Positions 12,025 through 27,200 of a stretch of DNA of 64,000 nt are shown here, piece by piece. Within the stretch, counting starts at the first letter, position 1, and every line of letters begins with the position of its first letter. The stretch comes from Azolla caroliniana (taxonomy: Eukaryota > Plantae > Polypodiophyta). The position numbers were made by a program, and so were the translations under genes. The stretch lies in NCBI GenBank assembly GCA_043228905.1, contig JBHGNT010000021.1, forward strand, positions 7,254,001 to 7,318,000, read 5' to 3'. Below the pieces are notes generated by a model. That model saw nothing but the letters and a program-made list of their open reading frames with translations, was not told where the DNA came from and did not search any database.

Positions 12025-15000
12025 ATGCCACTCAGTTCCACCTCTTCATGCGCATCAGACATGATGGACCTTGAATCACCCATAGATCCCACCAATTTCT
12101 CCTCCTCCATCTTCTCCCTACCACCATCTTCTGCTAATCCTGCGCCCGCCCCCCCCTCTACCTCCACACCCTCCCCTTCTCCGCCTCCGTTGCCTCATCA
12201 TCATTCGGTACCACCCCGGCTTCGCGGCTTGAGATGGCGGGTCATGCTCGGCGTGCTCCCTCCTTGCCCCACCACCATTGATGAGCTTCGCCGCGCTGCT
12301 GCAAATGGCCGGAGGAAGTAATGCTACCCATACTTCTAATACTAGTTTCTTTTTAAATCAAATTTTCATTTTCCTTTTTGTGTGCACGGATCTTCATCTT
12401 TATATCAATTCACCTCCTGTTTTTTCCCTCCCCCCCCCTCTTCCGGGTGCATGTTTTTATAGTGCATTTTTTCGGTATTAAGGTGTATTGTTTGCAGATC
12501 TTTATCTTCTTCTTTTTCAGATCTTTTGTAGTTTTTATAGTTTTGTTTAGGATCCCTAGATAATTTACCTTCTGTTTTGCAAATGGGCGTATGGCATATC
12601 CTAATAACAACTCATTTTGTGGTCTTTTTTGCGATTTATTTTTGTATATTGCCATCTGATTAGCTTTTTCTCTACAGAAAATGTCCGGAGGATGTATGCT
12701 TATCAAGTTTATCCTCCATGTGATTTCTGTTTCGACATGTTTTTTTTTGTACTTTGCTTCAATTTCTATCTAATTGTGCTCTCTGTATTTTAGATACGCT
12801 GAGCATCGAAGGCGCCTGATCATTGATCCTCATCTAATGGAAGATTTGCAGAAGGCTGATAATCTACATGTGGATAATCCATTGTCACAGGATCCAAGTG
12901 AGGCTTAGATTCACGTGTCTTTTTAACATTCACTCAATAGTATTGACACAAGGGATACTTTAATTTGCATGGGTTTTTCTGATTCCATTCAATAGGATGA
13001 TCCGACCAAGGGTTGAATTTATGTAGTGTGTTCACTTTCACTTAGAAGGACCAATGTAAGACTTAAATTGGCATAGTTTTTCCACCTCATTCGATAAAAG
13101 ATCCACATAAGGCACATATACTTTGCATATGTTATTGAATTTCAGTATAAGAATCCAAGTATGTGCTCAATCTTTGGAAGACCCAGACTGGTGTATGTGA
13201 GATTTGAATTTTGCAATGTTTTGTAAATATTTACAATTGGTAAATTATGCATTCAACAAGGCCAGAGATTGACATTTTCTGTATCCACCAACCACAAACG
13301 GATGGAGAAATCTATGGCATTGTTGATTCATTAAGGTTATGCACATGTTCATAACAATGCATGTAAATGCCATGGTTTGCAAATATTTAGAAATGGTGAA
13401 GGATTCATGCTTTCTTCCTTTTCCTGTTATGTTTATTTGCTTTGCAGAGAGTGTCTGGGGACGTTACTTTGAAAACAACAAGGTTGAGGGGACAATCAAC
13501 ACTGACTTGGCAAGGTTGTATCCAGAAGAACATGGTAGCTTCTTTCAGAGCAAAACATGCCAAGCCTTTCTAAAGAGAGTTCTGCTAGTATGGGCTCTAA
13601 TTCATCCTCAATATGGTTATCGACAAGGTACTATGGCGTGAACAATGAAGAGCGAATCTTCTCATAAAATTTGCGATTTAGTTGGTATATTCCGTTATGA
13701 TCAATCTCCATGGAGTTCACACAGTTTTTGGGCTGTTTCTAGGAATGCACGAGTTACTTGCACCTTTGGTTTATGTTCTTCACATGGATGTGGAACTGCT
13801 TACTCGAGTAAGAAAGAGGTACAAGGATCCATTTGAAGATAGGTTTGATACTGCACTCGAGGAAAATGCTTCTCATAATACCGAGGTGAGGCAAATGCTG
13901 CCCATTTTTGCAGCTCATTCAATTGATTATGCTCATGAAGCTATGTATCATGGAAATGTTAAGGATTGGGCTCAATGTCTTTATCCTGAAGATGCAGCCC
14001 TATTAGAACCTGATGATTTCGGTTTTAGTCTTGAAACCATGTTGCGTGGGAGCGATAGCTATGGTGCCGAGGGGGAACTCGGTGATTTGTTGTCTGTTAG
14101 GTTTTTGGAACATGATGCATATTGTTTGTTCGATGCCTTGTTGAAAGGGAATGATAGTTCCCTTGTGCTTGCTGATTACTATGTACCTTCAAATGAGGGA
14201 AGGTCATGTGGGATGTCACCTATACTAGAAGCTTCTGCTGCCATGTATCAAACACTCTATAGTGTAGACATGCCCCTATACAGTCATCTAGTTGGGCTCG
14301 GTGTGGAGCCACAATTTTTTGCATTACGATGGTTCCGTGTGCTTTTTGGGAGAGAGTTTGAGTTGGCCGAATTACTTTTTGTCTGGGATGCAATCTTTGC
14401 ATTGCCAAGCACAAGCCATGATGACTTTTTGGCTTCTCCAAAGGCTTGGCCAACTCGAAGCTCGTTTGTATCAAATTTCGCTGTTTCAATGCTGCTCCAT
14501 TTACGATCCGCATTGTTAGCTACTTCTGATGCTGCAAGTTGCCTTCAAAAGGTATTAAGTTTTCCCAAGGATGTGGATATAAGAGGACTGATAGAGAATA
14601 CCAAGGCTCTCGAACAGTCAAGTTCTGATGTATCTAAGAACACATTGTCCAAGAAGATGCGAGGTTTTACTCAGCAACTCAGCCAAAAGAATCACACTAA
14701 GCATAAAAACTGGTCTGATTCGCCATTTCAGCCTCATATCCCAGCTGCCACTAAAGGTTTGCACACAAATTCTCCAAAGGCTGTCAAAAAGTCTGTCCCA
14801 GAATCCTACTGGGAAGAGAGATGGATGAACTCCGTGCTCCCAAAAGCATCCTCGTTGGAAGTTCATACCATTGATGGGAAGAATAAACAAGCCGAAGCTC
14901 CAAGCAATGGGTTTGTTTCTAGTGTTGTGCAAAACGGTTCAAACCAGAAAGCCAGTCAAGATGATGCTGGAAAGAATACACAAGCTGAAGCTCCAAGCAA

Positions 15001-15666
15001 TTGGTTCAATCCTAGTGTTGAGCAAAACTTGGTAAATGATGTTGGTTCAAATCAGAAACCAACTCAACATGCTTCCAATGACAACATACATCCTAGGACA
15101 AGGCGGAAGCTATTTGCAACACCTGATATAGACCCCTTGGGTGTTACTCAAGTAGGCGTTGCAAGGAATGAGATGTGGATATCTGATGGAGAAACCTCCA
15201 TCTCTGGCGATGATGAAGGCAAAAACATCCTTGCTGAAGATGCAAATGCAATTAGTGGCAGGCAAAACAGTAGAAGATTCTCAACTGATGACCAGACAAC
15301 GATAAACTCATCTCCTGAGGTGGGGGATCTGTCTTTGTCAATGCAAAAGGACAATCCAGAAGCTGCATTACGGACCCTCGGTCATTCAATGGTTGATAGT
15401 ATCAAGGTAACGTAGGGACATCTGGATATGTTTATATTAGTTTCAACTCGTAAACCAAGTTGTGTGATTAAGTTTTGTGCTTCCTATAGGTTCTTGAGAA
15501 TGCCTTAACCCAAAAGGCAAATTTGGGAAGAGAAGGTGCTTCAACTGCTTTTAGAGAGACTGTGGACTCCTTTTCCAAAGCTTTCCTGAGTGGTAAAGGT
15601 CACATGGCAGCCTTATCAGCTCTTGGGGAGTTGAGAAAAATAAGTAACATGCTCCTGCAAATGTAA
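12025..15666 (+). CDS. TBC-domain Rab GTPase-activating protein, TBC1D5-like (Ypt/Rab-GAP gyp1p superfamily)
   Basis: Exons 12025-12317, 12794-12897, 13448-13627, 13743-15406, 15490-15666, all GT-AG and phase-consistent. Motifs: LRWRVMLGVLP, DNPLSQDP, INTDLARLYPE (Arg finger), YRQGMHELLAP (Gln finger), FALRWFRVLFGREF, C-terminal ALGELRKISNMLLQM*. Confidence 0.93.
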
Positions 15667-17537
15667 ATTGTACAATCAGTAATACTGTGAAATTTTGTAC
15701 AGGAACGTTAGGATTTAGCTTGTAGGTATATAGATATAGGATGCTTGTAAGCAAGAAGCATGCATCAAATTTGATATTGGTGCGTTCCCTTGGATGAGAT
15801 CCATCCACACCATCATGTACCAATGGCAATTCTTTTATGACAAAGCTCATTGTTTCTGCATGAAACTTTTATGCCAATTAAATAATGAACTATAAAGCAA
15901 ACAGAACAGATGGCTAAAGTCTCATCCTGGCTGCAGATATAACAATCTGGGACAAATGGAGTTCCTAAGCTTAGGCTAAGCCATAATCTAGATGCAGTAA
16001 GATTTAGTGAATATCTTCCATAAGATGAGCTGGTATAGAATTTGGACTACATGCATAGTGAACCTAAAGAAATACAATCTTCTAACTTCCTGCAACTATT
16101 GCAAACTAAACATTTCACTAACGACCAAAGCTTCAGAAACAGAAGCCTCAAATATGTTTGCTGATTTCTCAATTAACTCTTGTATTTCATTGTTCATTAG
16201 TTGTATTTGTTTCAGATATCCATCCTAGGTGTGGTAGATAGATATGAAATATCCCTCACATAACGCATGCCTATGATGGTTCAGAGTAGTAATCATGTCA
16301 ATTGTACCTAGTATATAGAGATTATATATTGCATTTACATCAGTAATAATCACATTATTAGATGTCATGCCCAAATATTTTTTATTTGATGAACAGAAGA
16401 TTTTGAAAGGCATTCATCTACGAATGATTCAATGTGGACAAATCTTGGACTACTGTAATATTATATACACAAGTAGAGAGCAACCAAAGATAGATATTGA
16501 CTTCAGTAATAATCACATCATTAGATATCATGCCCATTTTTTATTAGAATAACAGAAGATATTGAAAGGTATTCATCTATGCATGATTCCATTTGGACAA
16601 ATAATGGAGTAATTTAATATTATAAATATAAGTAAAGAGCAACCAAAAGATAAATATTAACACCAGTATAATAGCAGAATGCCCATTTTTTCAAATGCTA
16701 GACATTTTCGATCATCTCCTTTAGTCAAAGGATGACTTGGTAACAAATGTGTGCAATTTGCTGCTATGAAAGTTCATGAAGCATTTGATGGCAATACTAC
16801 AATGAAGTATAAGGGCAATCAAGCAACCCTTAACATGTTCGAAATGTAAGTGAAAAACATGTAGATTTAGCTAAGACATCAACAGATAAACAGCTCCCAA
16901 CACAAACCATATTTGTAAAATAAGTAGGCTTTATTTGCAAAAAGAGACTTATGATAATCCAATCCTTGACTGTGATACTTCTTCAGCTTCAGAAGCTGGA
17001 CAAAGTATCTACAGGTTGGAATTGACTTCACTCGTCTTTAGCTGAAATGTAGAAGAAAGTCAAATGAAGAACCTAAACATTACAAATCGAATCATTTTGA
17101 TCCTGGTTCTTGAATATAGACTGGGGGCTTGGAACATAGAATAATCTTTATCCATAAATACATAATTGATACATCATTAATCCTTTGTGAGCTAAGAACT
17201 TCATATAGGAAAGAGATGTAGAAACTTTGTACTCTCACAGCCATTTGGAGATCCAGCATAACACGAAGCTCCATACATCCATGCTTAATTGCAAAGAACA
17301 GATTGTCATTAAAAATCTAGACTATGTGATATTTCATATCTATTCTCCACTCTTACGGGTTGAGGAAAAAGAGTAGGAAAATGCCATTGCTATTCAACTC
17401 AGCTGACCTTTGTCGATGTGATTGTTATTCTCAGCAATAAGTTTGACACATTACATATTGATGATATGTCAAGAATATATATCATAACTTTTCTCTGGTA
17501 GCTAGCTTGTATAGGGCACAAGTATGAAACTATTCTT

Positions 17538-18212
17538 TTATTGAGCATCTACCACAGAACCTTCTTCACCATCCACTCTTGGGCTTCCAACATACTTCTC
17601 CAAAAATAGCTGGATTGTCCTCCAGTATCGATCTCCACCAGACAACCATGTGTCCATGTGCATTCCAGTTGGGAACTCCACAAATAAACTTCTTGGGTTT
17701 GAAGATGACACATCGTATAGCCGCTTCATGTGTATGGGGGGAACCATCTCATCTTGGCTCCCCGATAAAAACAATATGGGTTCAGAAATCTGCAGAATTA
17801 TATACGTTTCATGCATGAATACACGATGAATTCGTCACTAGCAAGGAATGAACAGAAACGTGGTCGGAATTCCAAAGAAAACATACATCCTTAATAACGT
17901 CAATTGTATTCCAAGGCGAGCGCACAAGGAAGTTTAGAACTCGAAGACCCTGGCCACCAGTCCCCCCAATAAACCACTTCAAAATAGGTAGCATAACTCC
18001 TGCCATATCCAATATTGAAGTGAATGTATTCTCCAGGATCAATGCTGCAACCTATGCATCATTTCATTGAGATCAAACACACTCACACCCATTCTCTCTT
18101 TTCCTCACTCTCTCTCTCTCTCTCAAAGACAAGACAACACTTAAGATGTAATCTCTTGTTTGGTCTTATAGGCCATTTTGGCCTCTTAAAAGACGTTAAT
18201 ATATCTTTCTTT

Positions 18213-18273
<61 letters not shown>

Positions 18274-21200
18274 ACATCTCATAGTTTGGTCCCTTCTCAC
18301 ATGTGCCAAAAACCAGATTCCCTCATTTCTTTTCTTTTCATCAAATTTACTTTTATATTTACTGTGTAATATTTATTTTATTTTGATTTGTTCTCAAACA
18401 CGAGACAACACTTAAGATGTAATCTCTTATTTGCTCTTATAGGCCATTTTAGCCTCTTAAAAGACGTTAATATCTCTCTCTCTCATGACTGCCGCCACGT
18501 CACTTCCAATGATACCATAGCCGACCACCTGCCACCTGTAATCGTTGTGTGCGTTCACTCCATGCGTGCTCTGTTGCGTTTCCTCTCTATGAAAAAAGAC
18601 GCACTTAAGGCCGAAATAGAGAAACTTAAAGTAGAAAACACTAACCTTAAGAAACAACTTAATGGCATAGAGGATATAAAGGATGAGATTAAAAAAGTTA
18701 AAGAGGAAGTTAAAAACGACATGGTGTTACCTAAAACGGGTTGGGTAGACGTAGTAAACGGAACATTAAAAAAGAAATAAAAGATAAAAATATTGTTAAC
18801 ACTACCCTTGAGGAAGAGAAAATGTGTCAAGGCTGACGCTTAAATGTACGTGTCACTGGACTCAAGGAAAGTGCATCCCCCAACGAAGATGCACAAACAC
18901 TTAGGAAAATGTTAGGGTACACAAAGGCCCCACCAATCACGAAAACTTGGAGGGTCAGACGTGACACAACTAGAAAGAGACCCTTAGTCTTTACTTTAAA
19001 GACTTGAAATCAAGAATCACATTTTTTAAGAAGAGACTAATTCTTCGAGATTTAGGCGGGGAACTTATCTACGTAGATGAAGACCTCACCAAGATCCAAA
19101 TTGAGCACCGCAAAAGTTGTATGCCATGAGTCATATACAAGCTCGTAAAGAAGGGCATCACGCCTTTTACTGAGACGAACAAGTGATAATAAATTATCGC
19201 TTTACCAACTACCAGCGTGGTTGACTAGAGTTGGTGGTGTTGATTTTAACGCAAAGTATAAAAAGCTTCACTTGCTTTCCATGTTGTCATTCATTACAAA
19301 AATCAAGCTTTGTACCTTTAGCATCAAGCTTATTTAGACTACACACCTTAGTGAGACCCTTTTGGCTCATAAGGCCAAGTCTCTTATGCCACAACTCCAT
19401 ATGGGACTGAACTTTAGCCAAAGCAATAAATTTGCCCGATATAGCAAATTTCCATGTAAGCAATAAAGGGTTCCCTTCTTTGTGCCTTTCACAATCAACC
19501 TTGAACCTTTTGTCATTTTCCATGATCCTCTCTCAAAGAGAATGCTATAACCATGCATATCCATTTGACCCACAGAAAGCAGCCTCTTCTTGATCCTTGG
19601 TACATAACACACATTATGCAAAACCAGGTCATCAGAGTTGTTGTTTGTAGAAAAATGGCCAGTGCCAATACCATCAATGGAACATACATGATTGTTTCCA
19701 AGGTATACATGGCCATGGCTACCTACAGTAAAAGTAGAAAAAGACTCCTTGACAGGAGTCACATAAAATGAAGCACCAGAGTCAACTATCCATGTTTGGG
19801 CCAATGCATCATTGACAGTCAACAAAGCATCACTAAGATCATTCTTAGTGATACACACATGTCTTGTGAATGAATATTTAGAGAGGCATCGTATGCATAA
19901 GTATCATAAGCTAAAAAAGTAGCACATAAAATGTCCTCAACATAAATATGTAGAGAGCCATATGACCACATTAGAGGCCAAATTGGCCTTCTCTTTGTCT
20001 TTTTGGCTGTCATGTGCATTAGTCCTATCCTTTTTCTTGTGGCCTTTTCTGCCACACTGATAGCATGTTACATCATTGCTTTTAATTTTGTTGTTGTTTT
20101 CCCTTTCCTTGCTTTTACTTTTGTTATTGTGTGCATAGTTAGTTCTCTTATCTGTCCTACCTCTAACCATGTTGGCTAAGCTGCCACCTTCTCCACTTGC
20201 TTTTCTCCTTATCTCTTCATTGTATATGGAGCCCCTAACACTATCAAAGGTCAAGTTGGGGCTATTAGACAATGTGACTACCAATGTCTCCCATCAGTCA
20301 GGTAGTGTCATTAGCAGGAAAATGGCTTTGAGCTTGTTATCAAAGGGAGCCATTCCTGAGTCCAACAAATGTGATAACGTACCTATAAACAAGGACAAGT
20401 ATTCAGGTGCACTCTTGGACTCATCCAATTGCATGCCAACAAGTTTTCACATTAGGTGTACTTGATTATCAGGCTTACTGTTTTCATATGTAGCCTTCAG
20501 CTTTGCCAATACTTTAGAAACAGATACCAACCCTTTGATATCTACCAAAATCTCATAAGAAACAACCATCTTAATATATATGACAGCCTTTTTGTTTAAA
20601 ATTCGCCTTGCATCTTCTGACATGTTCTTTGGTTTTTCTGCCTCCGATGCCCTGTCACGGTCCTTCAAAAATAGAATTCCTTGTATTCTCTCCTTTCACT
20701 AGTCGAAACCTATTCCCTCACATCGTCGAATCTCAAAAAGATTCTTTACATCTGAGGAGGATGATGTCATAGCTACACAATAAAGAGGTCTGAACACTTT
20801 TTCTTTGTTGTACAACACCTACGCAAAAAATATGAAACCCTACACCTGCTCTGATATCAGTTGTAAGGGTTAGGAATGATATCAATAAGGCTGAGGAATA
20901 CTCAAGATTCACCCTCGTATAGGCTCTTTAGATGCAACAGTGGAGCTATGGTAGAAAAGATAGAGATCGCGCACTAGTTGGGGGAGGTAAAATCAACGCC
21001 ACCAACTGTAGTCAACCACGCCATCAGTTGGTAGAGCAATCATTTATTATCACTTGTCCATCTCGGTAAAAGGCGTAATGTCCTTTACGAACTTGTATAT
21101 GACTCATGGCATACAACTTTTGCGGTGCTCAATTTGGATCTTGGTGAGGTCTTTATCTAGGTAGATAGGGTCCCCACCTAATTCTCGAAGAATTAGTCTC

Positions 21201-24200
21201 TTCTTAAAAAATGTGATTCTTGATTTCAAGTCTTTAAACTGAAGGACTAAGGCTCTCTTTTTAGTTGTCTCACGTCTAACCCTCCAAATTTTGGTGATTG
21301 GTGGGGCCTCTGTGTACTGTAACATTTTCTCAAGTGTTTATGCATCTTCCTCGGGGGATGCACCTTCCTTGAGTCCAATGAGACGTACATTTAAGCATCA
21401 ACCTTGACGCATTTTTCTCTTCCTCAAGGGTAGTGTTAACAATATTTTTATCTTTTATTTCTTTTTTAATGTTTCGTTTTACTACATCTACTCAACCCGT
21501 TTTAGGTAACTCCATGTCGTTTTTAACTTCTTCTATAACTTTTTTAATCTCTTCCTTTATATGCTCTATGTAGGATATTTCACCGTCTTCCCTAGATACC
21601 TCGAGGCCATTAAGTTGTTTCTTAAACATCAACTTTAAGTTTTTTTATTTCAGTCCTAAGTGCATCTTTTCCTCTCTATCTTTTCTCCTATTGGATTTAG
21701 CTTCTTTTGTCCATTTTCTCATATCATTCACTAGATTTACTAAACGATTAAACCTATCTAAAATGTCTTCTTTACTTATAACCTCATATTGTATCTCCTT
21801 ATGTTCTTTAGTTCGTTTAGACGTCATGTTGGTGTCAATAATAATAAAAAGATAAAATAAAAGGGTGGAAGACTTAGTCGAGCCTGTGGACATCACATTC
21901 ACTTTGGCATTTCGTTGGTTCGCACGTAGCATGGGACGAGCACGCTGAAAGAACCCACCAAAGAAGTCGCACATGCAAAGTGAAACATAAAGAGAGAGAG
22001 AGAGAGAGAGAGATTAACATCTTCTAACGTCACTCGGCCGACTCTTGACTCTCTCTTAGCCGATGCTCGGCTCTCAGCCGTCATTTGGCCGACTCTTAGC
22101 CACACTCTTGGCCGGTTTGGCCGCTGCTATTCGGCGGTCTCAGCCGGCTCTCTATTTGGCCGTGACTTTCCGACCACATGCTGGACTTCGGCCGTTGTCC
22201 GGTCGTGGCTCGGCTTCTTGGCCGATTCTCTGCTTCTCGGTCGCTTTCTTGGGCGTAGTTGGGCTGACTCTCAGCTTCTCGGCCGTGGTTGGGCCGAATC
22301 TCGGCTTCTTGGCTGCTTTCTCGGCCGTGGTTGGGCCGACTCTCGGCTTCTCGGCCATCACTCAACTATCGGCCATCACTCGGTCGAGCATGTGTGAACA
22401 TCTACCTCACTTCGGTGAAGTCACATGCATTTCATCGATTTATGTTGTACGTAGCACGCGACACGTGCGAGAGAGCACTCCAAAAGATGCACAACCCAAC
22501 CAAAGAAACGCCGCAAAGGAACGAACTCCACCAAGGTTGCACTTGCAACAGTAAGGGGATAAAAAGAAGAGTAGAGGAAACAAGAAGAGTGGAGGAAACT
22601 TTTACTCTGGTATGTCTCGTAAGTCTTGCGTACTTGATCTTGTTCATTCTTATGTGTGTAGCATGCCCACCAAATCTTCCCAAAATTATTTTAAATTTTA
22701 AAATTTTTCCCAAAATATGAGAAGAAGGCACGAAAATGAAAAGATTATTTAAGAACAAATTTGTTTACATTTTTTAAAAAAAATTTGAATTTAAAAAAAT
22801 AATAATAATAAACTGTTTAAACCGCGGTTTCTAACTGTTGAGACCGAACAGAACCGTTAAAAAAAACCTGAACCTGAACCGAACCGTTTAAACCGTTAAG
22901 CCGAGCTGAGAAATAAACTTGATGCCATGTCCATTAAAGGCCTCTTCATGGGATATTGTGAATCTGACGAAATGGGCTACAAGATTTGGATACCCCAGCT
23001 CAAGAAGGTTATACGCAGCCGGGATGTTGTTTTCAATGAGGCAAGGCTGCCTCAAAGGATGACCATAAAAGGGTTAGATTTCAGCATGACCAGCCACCTA
23101 TTAGACTCAGTTTTAACCATCAGGATGCACCACAAAGGACTGAAAATAATGATCATCCACTGGTTTTGGAGCCAGAAGATGTTGGACAGCAAGATGAGGA
23201 TCCTAAGAGGAATATGAACCACATAATAATGCTGAAAATAATGGACAGCAGCCTAATAATGATGATTTACATAACCACCCGATGCAGACCCATTGCCTAA
23301 GAATGTGGAATATTGGGTGAGATGTTCTACTCATATTAAACGAAATGTGAGTAGATTTGATCCCTCGTTGCACTACATTATGTTGACTGATGAGGGAGAA
23401 CCTCTTACATATAAAGAGGAAAAGGCATGTGAGAACAGCAATAAGTGGAAGCTTGCTTTGCAAGAAGAGATTAAGGCTTTGCATTCAAATAATTCTTGGG
23501 ACTTGGTTGAACTGCCCAAAGGAAGGAAAGCTATTCCTAACAAATGGGTATATAAAATCAAGACTGTTGATGACAAACCGAAGTATAAAGCAAGGCTGGT
23601 TGCAAAAGGATATGCTGAAACTAGTTTTCTCGTGGTAAAAATGACCACTTTGCGAGTGAAGGGCAGCACGAGGATTAGGGTTTTAGGTCAACCAGAGAGA
23701 GAGAGATGCACGTTGTCTTGGGTACAAAGAGTGTACGACATTTTTTGGTTTTTAGATTTTTAGATATATATATGTATATACAAGCCAAAATGTGTTACGA
23801 GTGCGTTCACACTCGTGCACTAATAAAAGGCACGATGGCCCTTTTTTCCTAACAACCTTCCACCTAAAGGCAATGTGCCATGAGGAGAAAAAAAAAAAAA
23901 AGTCAGTTAAGTCCAAGTATGTACAAAACTGAACTACATACATCTATCCAACTCCCATCATCTGTCGGCAATGAGCAAATCACTCAGCTGGAAGACCCTT
24001 CATGAGAAGATCTGCAAGATTATCATTTGTATGTACTTTGACAAGCTCAATGTTCTTGTTTTCGAGTACATCTCTAATGAAATGATAGTTCACATGTATG
24101 TGCTTCGTCTTTGCATGAAAGACAGAATTCCGCACTAGCATGTTAACACTCTGACTGTCACAATGAAGAATAGGTAACTCTGTAATGCCAAGATCTCTCA

Positions 24201-27200
24201 TTAGATATGAAAGACATAAAGCCTCCTTGCATGCCTCAGTGGCAGCAACATACTCTGACTCTGTAGTAGACAATGCAACACACTTCTGTAGCCTGGAGAT
24301 CCAAGAGACCGTTCCTCCTGTGAAAGTAAACACATACCCAGAAGTAGACTTTCTGCAGTCCCCGTGACCAGTATAGTCCACATCCGTAAAACCAACGATA
24401 GATGCCTTCTGCTTTCCGAAGCAAATGCACGAGTCCTTTGTGCCTTTGAGGTATCTCATAATACCTTTCACCACTTCCCAATGCTTTTTGCCGGGATTTG
24501 CCATGTACCTACTAACCACTCCCATTGCAAAAGCAATATCAGGGCGTGCAGCAACCATTGCATACATCAAACTGCCAATAATTGAAGCATATGGAACCTT
24601 AGCCATTTCAGCCTTCTCATCAACAGATGTAGGGTTGTCTTCTGCACTGAGTTTCAAATATGGAGGCAATGGAACCCCAACTGTTTTCCCCCCCTCCTTA
24701 TTGAAACACTGCAAAACCTTAGAGATATACTCCTACTGAGATAGAAAGAGTACCCCTTTCGACCGGTTTCAGAGTATTTGCATGCCAAGGATGTGATTTG
24801 CATCACCAAGATCCTTCATATCAAAGCTGCCATGAAGGCTTTGCTTCAATGAATCCAAGGCATGAATATCCTTGCCAACAATCAACATATCATCAACATA
24901 CAAAACCAAGATAATCAGGCTGTCATCTCCTGCCTTCTTGGTGTACAAGCTTCTACGAAAACCTTGAGACTGCATAAATGTATCAAATTTATGATACCAT
25001 TCTCTTGGTGCTTGTTTCAACCCATACAAACTCCTTTTGAGCTTACAAACTATCTTCTCTTTGCCTTTACCCACAAAACCTTCAGGCTGCTGCATATATA
25101 TGTCTTCATGCAGATCGTCATGTAAAAACACGGTCTTCACATCCATCTGTATGAGCTCCATATCTTCAGCTGCAACTAGGCCCAAAATGATTCTTAGTGT
25201 AGTCATCTTGACTACAGAAGAGAAGATCTCATCAAAATCAACTCCATATTCCTGCTTGTATCCTTTTGCAACCAATCTTGCTTTCTACTCTGGCAAGGAA
25301 TCAGAAATGACCTTCATTTTATAAACCCATTTGCATGGAAGTGTTTTCTGCCCTTTAGGCAACTGCACCAAATCCCAAGTGTCATTTTTCTCAAGAGATT
25401 CCATCTCTGACAACATGGCTTTAAACCATTTTTTATTGTCCTGTCTGTCCATTGCTTCCTTGAAGCAAGACGGTTCGCCACAATCAGTCACCATGACATA
25501 ATCAGCCACATTGTTTGCATCAGGAACAAATCTGTGACGCTGTCTAGTAACTCTAGACGACCTCCTAACCCAATGCTCATTGTTTGGCAGCTGTTGAGCC
25601 TGCAAATCATCATTTTCAACTTGCTGTCCAGGCATTTCAGCCTGCAAATCAGCATTAACAGCTTGCTGTTCAAGCCGTTCCTGCACATTTGGTGGCTCAT
25701 CATTATGGGCAAAGGTTGGCTGGTCATTTCCAGCCTCATTTTCTGCATTTGCAGGTAAGTTTACAGCAGGTGTTTGCTGCTGTACAGCGGGCACATTTTT
25801 CTGTCTAAAAGGTATTTTTTCTCAGAATACAACCCTACGTACTTCCTCGGTCTTTTTGGGTTGTTTATGCATGTGATTTTCCCAGAAGATAACATCATTG
25901 CTGCGTACTATTTGTCTTGGGATCCCACAATCTATACCCCATTTCACCCTCATCACCATATCCTAGGAAAATACATTTGCAGGACTTTGGCTCAAGTTTG
26001 TTGCATTCTTCTTTACGAATTGCACAAAAGCCTCACAGCCAAACACTCTCAAGTGAGCATATGACGGTGGCTTGCCTGACCACGCTTCTTGGGGTATTCC
26101 CCCTCCCAAAGACCTGTTAGGTGACCGATTAATCAAGTGAACAGCTGTCATAACAGCCTCTGCCCAAAAACCATGGGGTAAAGCAGCATGCAACAGCATC
26201 GTACGGACCCTATCTTGAATAGTCTGATTCATACGCTCTGCAACTCCATTTTGCGGTGGATTATAAGGAGCAGTGAGTTCCCTCTTTATCCCTTTGCTGT
26301 CACAAAGTGCTTGAAAGGCCTTGGACACATATTCCCCACCATTGTCAGAGCGAAGACAGTTACGTGTCTTATCAATTTGATTCTCAATTATTGCTAAGAA
26401 TGTTTGAAACTTGTCGAGTACATCATCCTTGCTACGAATAGGGTAAACCAATACTTTCCGTGTAGCATCATCGACACAAGTGACTAAGTATTTCTTTCCC
26501 CCTAATGATAGGCCTGGCATCTAACATACATCTGAATGTACTAACTCAAGCGGGGAAGGCTTCAGCGAAAGAGACTTTTTATGAGATGTTTGTACATGTT
26601 TACCATAAATGCAATGATCACAATGCTCAAAATCAGCATAACGAAGACAAGGCAAGTAACCCAAACGAGAGAGTACTTTCATACCAGTTTCACTCATGTG
26701 TCCCAACCGGCCATGCCACAAAGAAACACTTGGCTACTCGGTTATGGCAACAACATGGTCACTCACACTAGATACATGAAGAGGATACAAAGTATCAGTT
26801 TTACTACCCTTGGCAATAACTCTAGATCGCTTACAAATGTTCCAGTTCCCATCACCAAAGGTGGTGTGAAATCCATCATCATCTAGTTGTCCTGTGCTAA
26901 TCAAGCTCTTCTTGAGCTGAAGTATGCATGCCATACATGCTGAAGTGTGAAAGCAGAACCATGCTGAAACTGTAATTGCACAGTGTCAATACCTGCAATT
27001 TCACATGCATGGTTGTCCCCAACATGGACAACACCATGTCGACCCCTTGTGTAATCTAAAAACCACACACGATGAGGGGTGACATGAAAAGAAGCACCGG
27101 AATCGAGTATCCAAGTGTGCATGTCACCATCCGTATCTGCAAGTAAAGCATGTTCTCTATGGCATGAAGAGACAAAGAGTACATCATTTCCACTATCATT

